This document shows positions 19,023 to 28,649 of a stretch of DNA of 64,000 nt, piece after piece (the first letter of the stretch is position 1; each line of letters begins with the position of its first letter). The stretch is from an uncultured Gemmatimonadaceae bacterium (GTDB taxonomy: Bacteria; Gemmatimonadota; Gemmatimonadetes; Gemmatimonadales; Gemmatimonadaceae). The notes beneath the pieces are model-generated. The model saw only the letters and a list, made by a program, of their open reading frames with translations. It was not told the DNA's origin and did not search any database. The translations under genes were made by a program, and so were the position numbers. The stretch lies in the NCBI GenBank assembly GCA_963740355.1, contig CAVUDW010000002.1, positions 512,001-576,000 on the forward strand, written 5' to 3'.

Positions 19023-20594
19023 TCAGCGGCGGGCGTGTGCGACGATCCAGTCTGCGGCGGTGCCAAGCACCACTGGTGACGCGAGATTGGTCGGCAACGT
19101 CGAATAGCCGGACGGGTTGCCCCCCGGCTGATGAATGAAGAGATGATTCAGCTCGGGAAACACGCGCATCGTCACATCGCGATTCCCGCCCGCGCGGAGC
19201 GCCTTCTCCAGGATTGGCGCCTCGGCCGCGATCACCTGCTGGTCGTCGCCGCCCTGCAGAATCAGCACCGGAGTCTTCACCCGCTTGGCGGTTGCGATCG
19301 GATCGTGACTGCCGAAAAAGCTCAGCCACGGCGACGACTTGAGCACTGAGTCCACGGTCACTGGCACATGCGCGAGCATCGAGTCCCGCTTCGCGACCGA
19401 CAACGTCGTGTCGTGCGTGATCGGGTAACCGACCTGGAACAGCAGTATCTCGCGGCCCGTGCGACCCGGTCCCGCCATCAACACGATGCCAGCCAGGGAC
19501 GGATCATCCACCGCCACCATCGGCGCGATCATGCCACCTTCGCTGTGCCCCAGCAGGAAGATCTTCTTCGGGTTCACGTCCGGCCGCGTCCGCAAGTACG
19601 CGATGGCCGCGAGGACGTCGTTCGCGAAGTCGCGGCTGGTCGCAGCGGCAAACGATCCACCCGATTCACCGAACCCTCGATCATCCATGCGCAACATCGC
19701 AATCCCGCGACGGCCGAGGGTATCGGCAACCTGGCGGAACAGTCGATAGCCGAACGGCACGATGCTGATGTACTCGTCGCGATCCTGGGCGCCGCTGCCG
19801 GTGATGCTGATCACGACGGGTTGCGGGCCGGTGGCGCCGTTCGGCTTCGTGAACGTGCCGCCCAGCGTGTGGCCGAACGTCGTTGGCACCGTCACCGTCT
19901 CAGCCGAATACGGCGCACCCGACGGCGCCGAGTAGTCGGGTTTGGCGAAACCGATCTTGCTCACCGCGATTCCATCGACTCGGCTGATCACCGCACCCTG
20001 CGCTGGCACACCGGCGCGGATCACGCGGCCGGTGCTGTCGCAGACGAACCACATCGTCGTTGGCCCAACCGTGGCCGTCACGGAGTCGGTCGTCAGCCCC
20101 GCGAAGGCGACAGGGACCGTGCGGCCGCCAGACGCGAGAAAAATCGATGCCGTGGCGTCTGCCTTGCCCCCTTTCCTGGCTGACACGATCATCGCCTCGA
20201 ACGCGGCGATGGAGCTGTTCACGATCGGCTGTGCGACCGACGACGACAACATGCGCTGTGGCACCGCCGGATTTCCGCCGGCAGAGATCGAGGCCACGGC
20301 TGAATCCCCCTCGATCCTGATTTCGCCGGTTGCCAACGGCGCTGCATCGGCACGCGCGCCAGGCCCGTACGCGGCAAGGGTGAGGGCGCCGAGGTGTCCG
20401 TCGGCCGAGATGCGGTTCGAGAATACCTGCCGCAGGCCGCCCTTCGCGGTCAGCTCACCATCCAGTCGCGTTGGGAGTCGCGTGAACTTCTCGATCTGCA
20501 CCGTGTCGCCGCGTACGACGCTGATGAACGCACTCTGCGCCGATGCCACGGATGCGGGAAGGCAAAGCAGGATGAGTGCGCGGCGGACGGACAT
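19023..20594 (-). CDS. Secreted alpha/beta hydrolase (peptidase S9-like)
   Basis: GSGAQDRDE, DDRGFGES, GHSEGG, LILQGGDD, LNHLF. Confidence 0.88.
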   Translation of the reverse strand: MSVRRALILLCLPASVASAQSAFISVVRGDTVQIEKFTRLPTRLDGELTAKGGLRQVFSNRISADGHLGALTLAAYGPGARADAAPLATGEIRIEGDSAVASISAGGNPAVPQRMLSSSVAQPIVNSSIAAFEAMIVSARKGGKADATASIFLASGGRTVPVAFAGLTTDSVTATVGPTTMWFVCDSTGRVIRAGVPAQGAVISRVDGIAVSKIGFAKPDYSAPSGAPYSAETVTVPTTFGHTLGGTFTKPNGATGPQPVVISITGSGAQDRDEYISIVPFGYRLFRQVADTLGRRGIAMLRMDDRGFGESGGSFAAATSRDFANDVLAAIAYLRTRPDVNPKKIFLLGHSEGGMIAPMVAVDDPSLAGIVLMAGPGRTGREILLFQVGYPITHDTTLSVAKRDSMLAHVPVTVDSVLKSSPWLSFFGSHDPIATAKRVKTPVLILQGGDDQQVIAAEAPILEKALRAGGNRDVTMRVFPELNHLFIHQPGGNPSGYSTLPTNLASPVVLGTAADWIVAHARR

Positions 20595-20708
20595 GGTGTG
20601 GTTGCTGAAGGGGAGCGGAAACTTCACTCCGCAACGATGGGTCGCGTGGCCGTGCAACTCAAGTGCGCGAGCGGTGCCGTCCCTGTCAGGCGATTCCCCC
20701 GCCGGCGT

Positions 20709-21185
20709 TCATGCCCCGCCTGAAAACCCGACTTGGCGCCACGCTTCGTAAGCCACGATTGCCACGGTGTTCGAAAGGTTGAGACTGCGGCGCGCCGGGA
20801 TCATCGGCAGCCGCAGCCGATGCCCGAGGGGAAATGACGCCAGCATTTCGTCCGTGAGGCCCGTCGATTCCGGGCCGAACACAAAGACGTCGCCTGCTTC
20901 GAACGCCACCGCGGAATAGCGCGTCGTCCCTCGCGCCGAAAACCCGAAGAGCCGGCGACCCTCGCCGAGCGCGGTCAGGCACGTCTGCCAGTCCCGATGA
21001 ATCGCCACCTCTGCAAGGTCCCGATAGTCGAGGCCTGCCCGCTCGAGCTGCTTGTCCTCGAAGTGAAATCCAAGCGGCTCCACCAGGTGCAGGCGCGCGC
21101 CCGTATTCGCGCAGAGCCGAATGACGTTGCCCGTATTGGGCGGGATCTCGGGAGTCATGAGCACGATGTCGAACACGATGGCCAA
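20709..21185 (-). CDS. trmL: tRNA (cytidine/uridine(34)-2'-O)-methyltransferase
   Basis: PEIPPNTGN, RAGLDY, FGPESTGL, RSLNLSN. Confidence 0.93.
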   Translation of the reverse strand: MAIVFDIVLMTPEIPPNTGNVIRLCANTGARLHLVEPLGFHFEDKQLERAGLDYRDLAEVAIHRDWQTCLTALGEGRRLFGFSARGTTRYSAVAFEAGDVFVFGPESTGLTDEMLASFPLGHRLRLPMIPARRSLNLSNTVAIVAYEAWRQVGFSGGA

Positions 21186-21234
21186 TCTCGCTTGGGGTGC
21201 GGTGGAGGTGGCTGCGACTGGTGCGGAGAAGCTG

Positions 21235-22581
21235 TCAGCGAAACCAGCTCACCGCGAGCGCACCGACGCAGGCGACGATCAGGATGATGCTCCCCCAGCC
21301 GCCGATCCGTGTCCACAGGCCATTGCGTGCATCACCCATGATCGACGGATCGCTGGCGAGCAGTTGCAATGCGATCACGTGCAGGGGAAGTAACACCGCG
21401 TTCACGACCTGGCTCATGTAGATGAGCGGGATCAGCGGCAGCCCTGGCAGCGATACCACGCTCACCGCTGCCACTGTCAGCCCGACGAATGCGGCATAGA
21501 ACCACTGAAAGTGATGCGAGTCGAGATCCAGCGACGCTGGTTCGCCCACGCCCTCCGCAATTGAGTATGCCGTCGCGATAGGCACGATCGCCGCGGCCAG
21601 CAATGCGGCCCCGAGCAGCCCCGCGCCGAACAACACGGTCGCGAATCGCCCGGCCAGAGGGCGCAGCGCGGTGGCCGCGTCACCCGCGTCCTTGATGTGA
21701 ATGCCGGCCTTGTTGAGCGTCGCTGCACACGCCACGGCAATTGCGAGGCCGATGATGCCCGTCAGCAGCGATCCGATCACCACGTCAACGCGTGTCCAGC
21801 GCAGGTTGTCGATCGTGATCTTCTTGTCCACCGCATACGACTGAATGAATGCCAGCCCCCACGGCGCGAGTGTGGTGCCGAGGGCCGCGGCGAGGGCGAT
21901 CCATCCCGGCGCGCTGCTCGGCATCTGCGGAATGAGCGAATTGTGCAGAACGGCCGACCAGTCGGGCTTCGCCAGCAATCCATCCACGATGTAGAGCGCC
22001 AGTGTCGAGGAGATCACCAGCAGCACGCGCTCCACACGGTGAAACGAGCCAAGCACCACCACCAGTGAGATCAGGATGCCCGACACCGGGGCGCTGATCC
22101 ATGAGGGAATGCCCACCAGCCCACCCGCGGCCGAGATGCCTGCATACTCGGCGCAGATCGTCCCGAAGTTTGCGAAGAGCAGGCCGACGACGGCGGCGTA
22201 GCCGGCACCCTTGCCCCATCGCTCGCGAATGATGCCGACGAATCCCTTGCCTGTCGCCGCCCCGATGCGCACCGCCATCAGGTGGAACTGCACCAGCAGG
22301 ATCGTTGACGCCGGGATGATCCAGAGCAACGAGTAACCGAAGTCGGTGCCAAGCACCGAATAGGTCGTGATGCCCGCCGGGTCATCGTCTGAAAGCCCAG
22401 CTAACAATCCGGGGCCGAGGACAGCGAGAAAGGCGACCAGCGCTCCACGCCCCGACGATCGGAACTGGGCAAACTTCAGTGCGATGCCGCGCTGGTGATG
22501 CGCGACCGCATGCGGCGGCGCCCCGGCCTTCTCACGACGACGGCGCGCGGCGCGTTGCGCCTTGCTGTGGATGGATGTCAC
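21235..22581 (-). CDS. NRAMP-like divalent metal cation transporter
   Basis: GPGLLAGLSDDDPAGITTYS, GTTLAPW; multi-TM. Confidence 0.85.
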   Translation of the reverse strand: MTSIHSKAQRAARRRREKAGAPPHAVAHHQRGIALKFAQFRSSGRGALVAFLAVLGPGLLAGLSDDDPAGITTYSVLGTDFGYSLLWIIPASTILLVQFHLMAVRIGAATGKGFVGIIRERWGKGAGYAAVVGLLFANFGTICAEYAGISAAGGLVGIPSWISAPVSGILISLVVVLGSFHRVERVLLVISSTLALYIVDGLLAKPDWSAVLHNSLIPQMPSSAPGWIALAAALGTTLAPWGLAFIQSYAVDKKITIDNLRWTRVDVVIGSLLTGIIGLAIAVACAATLNKAGIHIKDAGDAATALRPLAGRFATVLFGAGLLGAALLAAAIVPIATAYSIAEGVGEPASLDLDSHHFQWFYAAFVGLTVAAVSVVSLPGLPLIPLIYMSQVVNAVLLPLHVIALQLLASDPSIMGDARNGLWTRIGGWGSIILIVACVGALAVSWFR

Positions 22582-22700
22582 AGCTGGATCATAACCACGA
22601 GCGGGTCACTTCCTTCGGATCACCGTGAGCGTAGAGGATTCCGCTGACGTGCCAGTCGCCCTCTTTTGCCGTGCTGGTCCGGGCACTCTATTCCGCCCCC

Positions 22701-23930
22701 ATGACAACGCCGACGCCACGATGGCCCGCAGCATACACCGTCGTGCTGCTCTGTTTCGCAGCCGCGTTCATCTCCTACATCGATCGCTCCAACCTCTCGG
22801 TCGCGGCGATCGCGATGAAGGAGGAGTTCCACTGGACGGAGACGACGAAGGGTTTCGTCCTCTCGTCGTTCTTCGTGGGCTACATGCTGCTGCAGATCGT
22901 GAGCGGCATGATCGCGAATCGATATGGGGGCAAGATCCTGCTTGGTGTGGCGGTCGTCTGGTGGTCGATCTTCACCATGCTCACGCCCGCCGCGGCGTAC
23001 ACCTCGCTGGGTGCGCTGATCGCGGCGCGCATCGCCCTCGGCCTCGGCGAGGCGGCGGTCTTTCCTGGCTGCATCAACCTCATCGGGCGATGGGTACCTG
23101 TCGAGCAGCGATCACGCGCGGTCTCGCTGGTCACGAGCGGGTTGTCGCTTGGCACGGTGTTCTCGCTGCCGGTGACGGGCTACCTCGTACGTACCTACGG
23201 TTGGCCGAACCCATTCTACCTCTTCGGTGCAGTCGGCCTGGTGTGGGCTCTGGCCTGGTTTCCGCTGATCGGCAACGGTCGCGGCATTCCCGAGGAGGTG
23301 CCGCCCACGGCTGACCGCACCATCCCGTGGGCCGCGTTGCTCCGAACACCGGCGGTGTGGGCGATCTTCGTCAATCACTTCGCGCATAACTGGCTGCTGT
23401 ACGTGCTGCTGGCGTGGCTGCCGAGTTACATCAAGGCCACCTTCGGTGTGTCACTGGCCACGGCGGGGCTACTGTCGGCGGCACCGTCGTTCGTGATGTT
23501 CGTGACGGCCAATGTCGCCGGCGCCGTGGCCGACACACAAATCGCGGCAGGCCGCAATCGAACCAGCGTCCGCAAGCTGCTGCAATCGATCGGGTTGTTC
23601 GGCGCCGCCACCTTCCTCTTGCTGGTGCCGTTCGCATCGTCCACCACGATGGGCGTGTTGCTGATGTGTGGCGCGTCGGGGTCGCTCGGCGTCTGCGCCG
23701 GCGGATTCAGCTCCAACATGTTCGATGTCGCTCCACGCCACGCCGAGATCATCTGGGGCATCAGCAACACCTCGGCCACCATCCCAGGGATCGTCGGAGT
23801 GGCGGCGACCGGCTGGATGGTCGAGCGGACCGGCAGCTACGTCTCGGCATTCGTCCTGACAGCGGCGATTGCCGTGTTTGGCGGTATCGTCTTTCTGGTC
23901 GCGGGGTCGGGGGAGCGGAAGGTCGCGTAG
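22701..23930 (+). CDS. MFS transporter, ACS/SLC17 family
   Basis: YIDRSNLSVA, SSFFVGY, WLPSY, GISNT. Confidence 0.88.
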   Translation: MTTPTPRWPAAYTVVLLCFAAAFISYIDRSNLSVAAIAMKEEFHWTETTKGFVLSSFFVGYMLLQIVSGMIANRYGGKILLGVAVVWWSIFTMLTPAAAYTSLGALIAARIALGLGEAAVFPGCINLIGRWVPVEQRSRAVSLVTSGLSLGTVFSLPVTGYLVRTYGWPNPFYLFGAVGLVWALAWFPLIGNGRGIPEEVPPTADRTIPWAALLRTPAVWAIFVNHFAHNWLLYVLLAWLPSYIKATFGVSLATAGLLSAAPSFVMFVTANVAGAVADTQIAAGRNRTSVRKLLQSIGLFGAATFLLLVPFASSTTMGVLLMCGASGSLGVCAGGFSSNMFDVAPRHAEIIWGISNTSATIPGIVGVAATGWMVERTGSYVSAFVLTAAIAVFGGIVFLVAGSGERKVA

Positions 23931-24112
23931 TTTCCGCTGTTCCCCGCGTTCGTCCTGACAAGGACCCGCTGTCGGTGCTCGGCACGACGTCTTGCCTTCG
24001 GCGACCCCGCGGCATCCCGCTTGCGCTCGCTCGGAGTAGCCGGTAGCTCTGCACCGAACGTGCGCTGGCCCTTCGGCCAACACGCGGCACCGCCCATCTC
24101 AATGATCACCCC

Positions 24113-26032
24113 GTGACAATTTCCTGGATCGATTGGGTCATCGCGATCGCCAGTATTCTGGTCTGCTTCGTTCCGGCGCTTTTCCTCGCCAAGCGATCCG
24201 CCACGAGCACGACGGAGTTCTTTGCCTCGGGTCGCAGCGTGCCGTGGTGGCTGGCTGGCCTGTCGATGGTGGCGACGACGTTTTCGTCCGACACCCCGAA
24301 CTGGGTGACGGAGCAGGTGCGGCGCTACGGGGTGGCGGGCAACTGGCAGTGGTGGGCCTTCGTGCTCACCGGCCTCGCGACGGTGTTCTTCTTCGCGCGT
24401 CTCTGGCGTCGATCGGGGGTATTGACCGACCTCGAGTTCTATGAGCTCCGCTATTCCGGAAAGTCGGCGTCGGTGGTGCGCGGATTCCGTGCCGTCTATC
24501 TGGGCCTGTTTTTCAACTGCTTCATCATGGGCACCGTTACGCTGGCGGCGTGCAAGATTGCCAACATCCTGTTCGGCATGCCCGCGTGGCAGACGATCCT
24601 GTTTTGCGGTGTGTTGAACGTCGTGTTTGCAGCACACTCCGGCCTGTGGGGCGTGCTGGTGATCGACATGATCCAGTTCTTCATCAAGATGACGGCCGTG
24701 TTTGCGGCGGCATTCTTCTCACTGGTCGAAGTCGGACGCCGGCTCGGTGGCGAGGCCAGCGCCTGGGTTGGGCTCAAGCTGCTGGTCGGCAAGTTGTCGA
24801 CGCTGCAGGTGGTGCAGTCCACTGCAGCCAATGCACAGCCTGTGATGTCTACAGCTGATGGGAGCGGCCAGCCGATCCTCAACATGCTGCCGAACTTCAG
24901 CATGTCCGATTTGGCGCTGATGATCTTCATCATGCCGATCGCGATCAGCTGGTGGGCGAACTGGTATCCTGGCGCCGAGCCAGGCGGCGGATCATACATC
25001 GCGCAGCGCATGCTGGCGTCCAAGTCGGAGAAGGACGCGTTGGGCGGCACCCTGTTCTTCAACGTCGCGCACTATGTGCTGCGACCGTGGCCGTGGATCA
25101 TCACTGCCTTGTGCTCGATCATCGTCTATCCCGATCTGGCATCGATCAAGGCCGCGTTCCCGAATGCCGATGTCTCACTGATCGGGCACGACTCGGCGTT
25201 CCCGGCGATGCTCAAGTTCCTGCCGGTTGGTTTCGTCGGCTTGATGATCGGCGGCCTGCTGGCCGCCAACAGCTCGACGATCCTGACGCACCTGAACTGG
25301 GGCTCGTCATATCTGGTGCACGATTTCTATCGCCGCTTCATCCGTAAGGACGCGTCGGAGACGCACTATGTGAACGTCGGGCGTTTGTGCACGGTGGGCC
25401 TCTACCTGTTCGCGGCGTTACTCAGCCTCACGCTCAGCTCCGCGCAGCAGGCCTTCCAAGTGTTGTTGTCGATCGGCGCCGGTACCGGCCTGCTCTACAT
25501 CGCGCGCTGGTTCTGGTGGCGGGTGTCGGCGTGGTGTGAGATCGTGGCCATGTTCATGTCGCTGGCGACATCGCTGGCTGTCCCGTACTTCATGCCCGGC
25601 GCCAGCTTCGCCACCACCACCATCTGGCAGGTGGGCATCACTACGATCGCTTGGTTGGTCACCGCATACGTCGGGCCCGTGACCGATCGCGCGACTTTGA
25701 TCTCATTCGTGCAGAAGGTAAAGCCGGCCGGGCCTGGCTGGACGGAGATCAGAAAGGCCGCTGGCATTTCTGATGCGGAAGTTGCGCTCGAGAATCGTGT
25801 CGGTGGCGCGTTGGCTGGTTGGATCTCAGGCTGCGTGCTGATCTGGTCCGCACTGTTCGCGATCGGCAACTTCCTCTACGCGCCCGGCGATCCGTCACGC
25901 TGGCCGGCGGCGTGGATGCTGTTGGGCGTGTTCGTCGTGAGCGGGTTGGTCTTGCTGCGCGTGACGAAGCAGTTGTGGGCGGATAGTACTGCGAGTCAGG
26001 TGCGGGAGGATGCGCGGGTAGCGAAGGGGTGA
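24113..26032 (+). CDS. Sodium:solute symporter family protein
   Basis: FFASGRSVPWW, TTFSSDTP, AQRMLASK; multi-TM. Confidence 0.88.
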   Translation: MTISWIDWVIAIASILVCFVPALFLAKRSATSTTEFFASGRSVPWWLAGLSMVATTFSSDTPNWVTEQVRRYGVAGNWQWWAFVLTGLATVFFFARLWRRSGVLTDLEFYELRYSGKSASVVRGFRAVYLGLFFNCFIMGTVTLAACKIANILFGMPAWQTILFCGVLNVVFAAHSGLWGVLVIDMIQFFIKMTAVFAAAFFSLVEVGRRLGGEASAWVGLKLLVGKLSTLQVVQSTAANAQPVMSTADGSGQPILNMLPNFSMSDLALMIFIMPIAISWWANWYPGAEPGGGSYIAQRMLASKSEKDALGGTLFFNVAHYVLRPWPWIITALCSIIVYPDLASIKAAFPNADVSLIGHDSAFPAMLKFLPVGFVGLMIGGLLAANSSTILTHLNWGSSYLVHDFYRRFIRKDASETHYVNVGRLCTVGLYLFAALLSLTLSSAQQAFQVLLSIGAGTGLLYIARWFWWRVSAWCEIVAMFMSLATSLAVPYFMPGASFATTTIWQVGITTIAWLVTAYVGPVTDRATLISFVQKVKPAGPGWTEIRKAAGISDAEVALENRVGGALAGWISGCVLIWSALFAIGNFLYAPGDPSRWPAAWMLLGVFVVSGLVLLRVTKQLWADSTASQVREDARVAKG

Positions 26033-26066
26033 GGTAGCTCAACCCGAACCGTGTCAAGGCATTGAT

Positions 26067-26303
26067 ATGAGAAATGCGATTTTCTTGCCAGGCAGTTTGA
26101 TCGCGAAAGCGGATGTCTTGGCGGCGCGCGTCGGAATGTCGAGATCACAGCTCTGTGAGGCTGCGATTGTTGCATTTCTCGCAAGATCCAGTGACGCTGG
26201 TGTCACGGCCGCGTTGAACCGGGTGTACTCGATGCCGTATAAGCCAGACGCATTGCTTGCCAAGGCGACTCGTGCTGCATTGCGACGGTCAGAATGGACC
26301 TGA
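26067..26303 (+). CDS. ChpI-like ribbon-helix-helix antitoxin (no adjacent toxin)
   Basis: AIFLP...LAARVGMSRSQL...VTAALNRVY...RRSEW. Confidence 0.6.
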   Translation: MRNAIFLPGSLIAKADVLAARVGMSRSQLCEAAIVAFLARSSDAGVTAALNRVYSMPYKPDALLAKATRAALRRSEWT

Positions 26304-26378
26304 AGGCAGAGACTTTCGACTGGTAAAGAGGCAGTTCCGCTCGTGATTACGGAACCGCTTTCGATCAGCGCAGATTGC

Positions 26379-27227
26379 CTATTCCTTTTTCGGAAGTTCG
26401 CTGAGGATCTGCAGGAGTGCCAGTACCAGTCTTGGTGCGCCTCGGTATCCATCCAGCCCGCCGGAGGCAAGCTCAGATGCCATGGCGTGCATCAGACCGT
26501 ACGCCGGGCCGTCGCCTTCGTAGATCGTCTGGTGAAGTAATTCGAGATTGATCGAGATTTCAGTGCGTCCGTTCTCGCGCAGCCGTCCATATGCTTCCAG
26601 CGCGTCGCGCCAGACCGGATCTCGCGCCCAGTTTTCGGCGGATACGCTACTCGAGTGACGCATGGCCACTGGGGCTTTTTCCTCGACACTGTGAGCTTGC
26701 ACTTCAGCTGGCTCAGCCTGACTCTGCAGTGGGTAGATCTCGAACTCTTTGTCATTCTTTTCGGAGACGAAAAACACGAATGATCGGTGAATGCCTCTGA
26801 CCACGTGCGGTTTGAAGCGGTTCGCTTTCCGAAGACTGGCCCAGTCGTATCGCCAGACTTTTCTCGGAGAGTAGTTATCGTTGAGGCTGACAAAGACCAA
26901 ACCGTCTGGGCCGTCTTCGCTATCAGCTGTTGGAATCGCACTTGTTTTCTGCCACCCTGACGCGCGTCCGCGTCTGGTTTTCACGGAAAGTCTGCCGCCA
27001 TCAGTCGCAGCCAAGTCATGTTCGTGCGACTCATCGAGCAGAGCGCCTCCAATGATCACCTTGGCGTACATCTCACCGAGCGCCGCGACTTACTCAGACC
27101 CCTTGAAGTTCTTCTCTGGCGCGTATCGCTGGATTGCATGTCGGACGCGCTCCTGAAACGCCTCCTGTCCCGAAAATAGCTGTGTGAATTCTGCTACGAC
27201 CTGCTCGATCCGGTTCCCTGTGTTCAT
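26379..27227 (-). pseudogene. Putative PD-(D/E)XK-type nuclease interrupted by an in-frame TAA at 27090-27092
   Basis: ORFs 27090-27320 and 26379-27071 share a frame: KGSE*VAALGEMYAK...HEHDL...SVKTR. Confidence 0.5.
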
Positions 27228-27255
27228 TGGTGAGATTTTCCCCTTTGAGCGGTTG

Positions 27256-28593
27256 TCATGCGCACGAGTGAACGCTGGTGCTAGAGTGGTAGAGTCCGGA
27301 TAGTCGACCACGTGCCACACGGAACTGACTTCGCTTCTTCACTTTGGGCGACGTAGAAACATCCTCGACTTTGATTCCGGGGTCGTAGTAGATGGAACCG
27401 TCGGCAATCGCACGCATCGCAAGCGCGTAGTCGGTTCCTTCGGCGAGAAGTACTTTCTCTCCGTATCGATAGCCGATGTCCGGTGTGTCCCGCTTTATCG
27501 CGGGAACGAAGACGGCCCGCGAGTGCTTTCGAGTCCAGTGCGAAAGTAGCCCTGCAAAGGTCCACGATGCGGCGACTTCACCGTCATCCGTCAGCAATAC
27601 CACTGCTCCGTCAGATCGAGTAATTTTCCCCGAAGGCGCATCGTAGCCATCCATTCGCATCGTCAGGCCGGTCGCGGCGCATCTGATGCCGGTACGGTGA
27701 ATGCCACCAAAATTGATCCGGTCGTCACGACCGCGCTTGTCCGCGTATCCAAAACGCTGCAAGAATTCGATAGGCTCAAGAACTGAGTATGCTCCCCCGT
27801 TTGGCTCAGGGGTCATCAGAGTCACTGCACCCGTCCCCTCGCGATCGAAGGACGCGACCGTGTGGGCTTTCACCTCCCATCCATCAAAGTCCGGCTCAGA
27901 CCGTCCGTTCGCGGTGATTCCGAGCTCCGATTCCAGCGTGACACCGACGCAGTTCCGGGCAACACAAGGAATGCGCTCACCAGCCTTGGTCAGACGCCAT
28001 CCTTGAATCCAACCTTCCCGCGAAATCCTGCAGAGGGCGGAAAGCAGCCGGCCGCGCGAGTCGGCGAGGGAGGTCCCCGAGTCGAGAGGTACGCGCATCA
28101 GCACGCCAACCTCATCAAGTGAATGAAGCGCAGCGAGCTCTCGGGCGATCGCGGAATCCTCCGGAACTGCATGGCCGATCACACGTCGGTCGACCGTCAC
28201 CCCCAAAAGCAGGACGCGACCTACGGCGCGGCCAGCAAGCAGGTCGTTCGGCGAGAGGGCGGCGCCCTTCAGAAATCCTGAAAGCCGGACTTCCGGATAC
28301 TGAGGGTAAAGAATCAGCCGAGCTTCTGGTGCTGGGCAGACCTCGCCAGAGGCAGTCAGCCAGCTGAGTCGTAGCGGTGCCTTGAAGATGGGGGTGTCGT
28401 GGGTGCCGCTCGTGGTGGCTTCGGGCGGTTCTGTCGGAATGACGTTGATGACCCTGAAGTCACCCCCGAGGTAAATCTGATTCTTGCTGTTGTCGTTTGG
28501 ACTCAGCCGTTTCGCGAACAACTGTCGGACACCCTGGTGGCGCAGGGCGGCAGTGAGCTGCGCGAGTGACATTGATGAGTCGTGAATAGACAT
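27256..28593 (-). CDS. MvaI/BcnI family restriction endonuclease
   Basis: NDNSKNQIYLG, YPQYPEVRLSGF, GVTLESELG...EPDFDGWEVK, KRSQFR. Confidence 0.82.
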   Translation of the reverse strand: MSIHDSSMSLAQLTAALRHQGVRQLFAKRLSPNDNSKNQIYLGGDFRVINVIPTEPPEATTSGTHDTPIFKAPLRLSWLTASGEVCPAPEARLILYPQYPEVRLSGFLKGAALSPNDLLAGRAVGRVLLLGVTVDRRVIGHAVPEDSAIARELAALHSLDEVGVLMRVPLDSGTSLADSRGRLLSALCRISREGWIQGWRLTKAGERIPCVARNCVGVTLESELGITANGRSEPDFDGWEVKAHTVASFDREGTGAVTLMTPEPNGGAYSVLEPIEFLQRFGYADKRGRDDRINFGGIHRTGIRCAATGLTMRMDGYDAPSGKITRSDGAVVLLTDDGEVAASWTFAGLLSHWTRKHSRAVFVPAIKRDTPDIGYRYGEKVLLAEGTDYALAMRAIADGSIYYDPGIKVEDVSTSPKVKKRSQFRVARGRLSGLYHSSTSVHSCA

Positions 28594-28596
28594 CGC

Positions 28597-28649
28597 TTGA
28601 CGGCGGGAGAAAAAGCGGACATTATGACGCCATGCAATATACCGAACAA
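28597..28649. promoter_or_regulatory. Overlapping divergent sigma70-type promoters for the MTase and endonuclease
   Basis: + strand TTGACG(28597)-N17-CATTAT(28620)-N6-ATG(28632); - strand TTGTTC-N17-CATAAT. Confidence 0.5.

Noticed and set aside
26026..26060. tRNA-like GGTGAGGTAGCTCAA at the island edge
   Set aside because: No D-loop GG, anticodon arm or T-arm follows.
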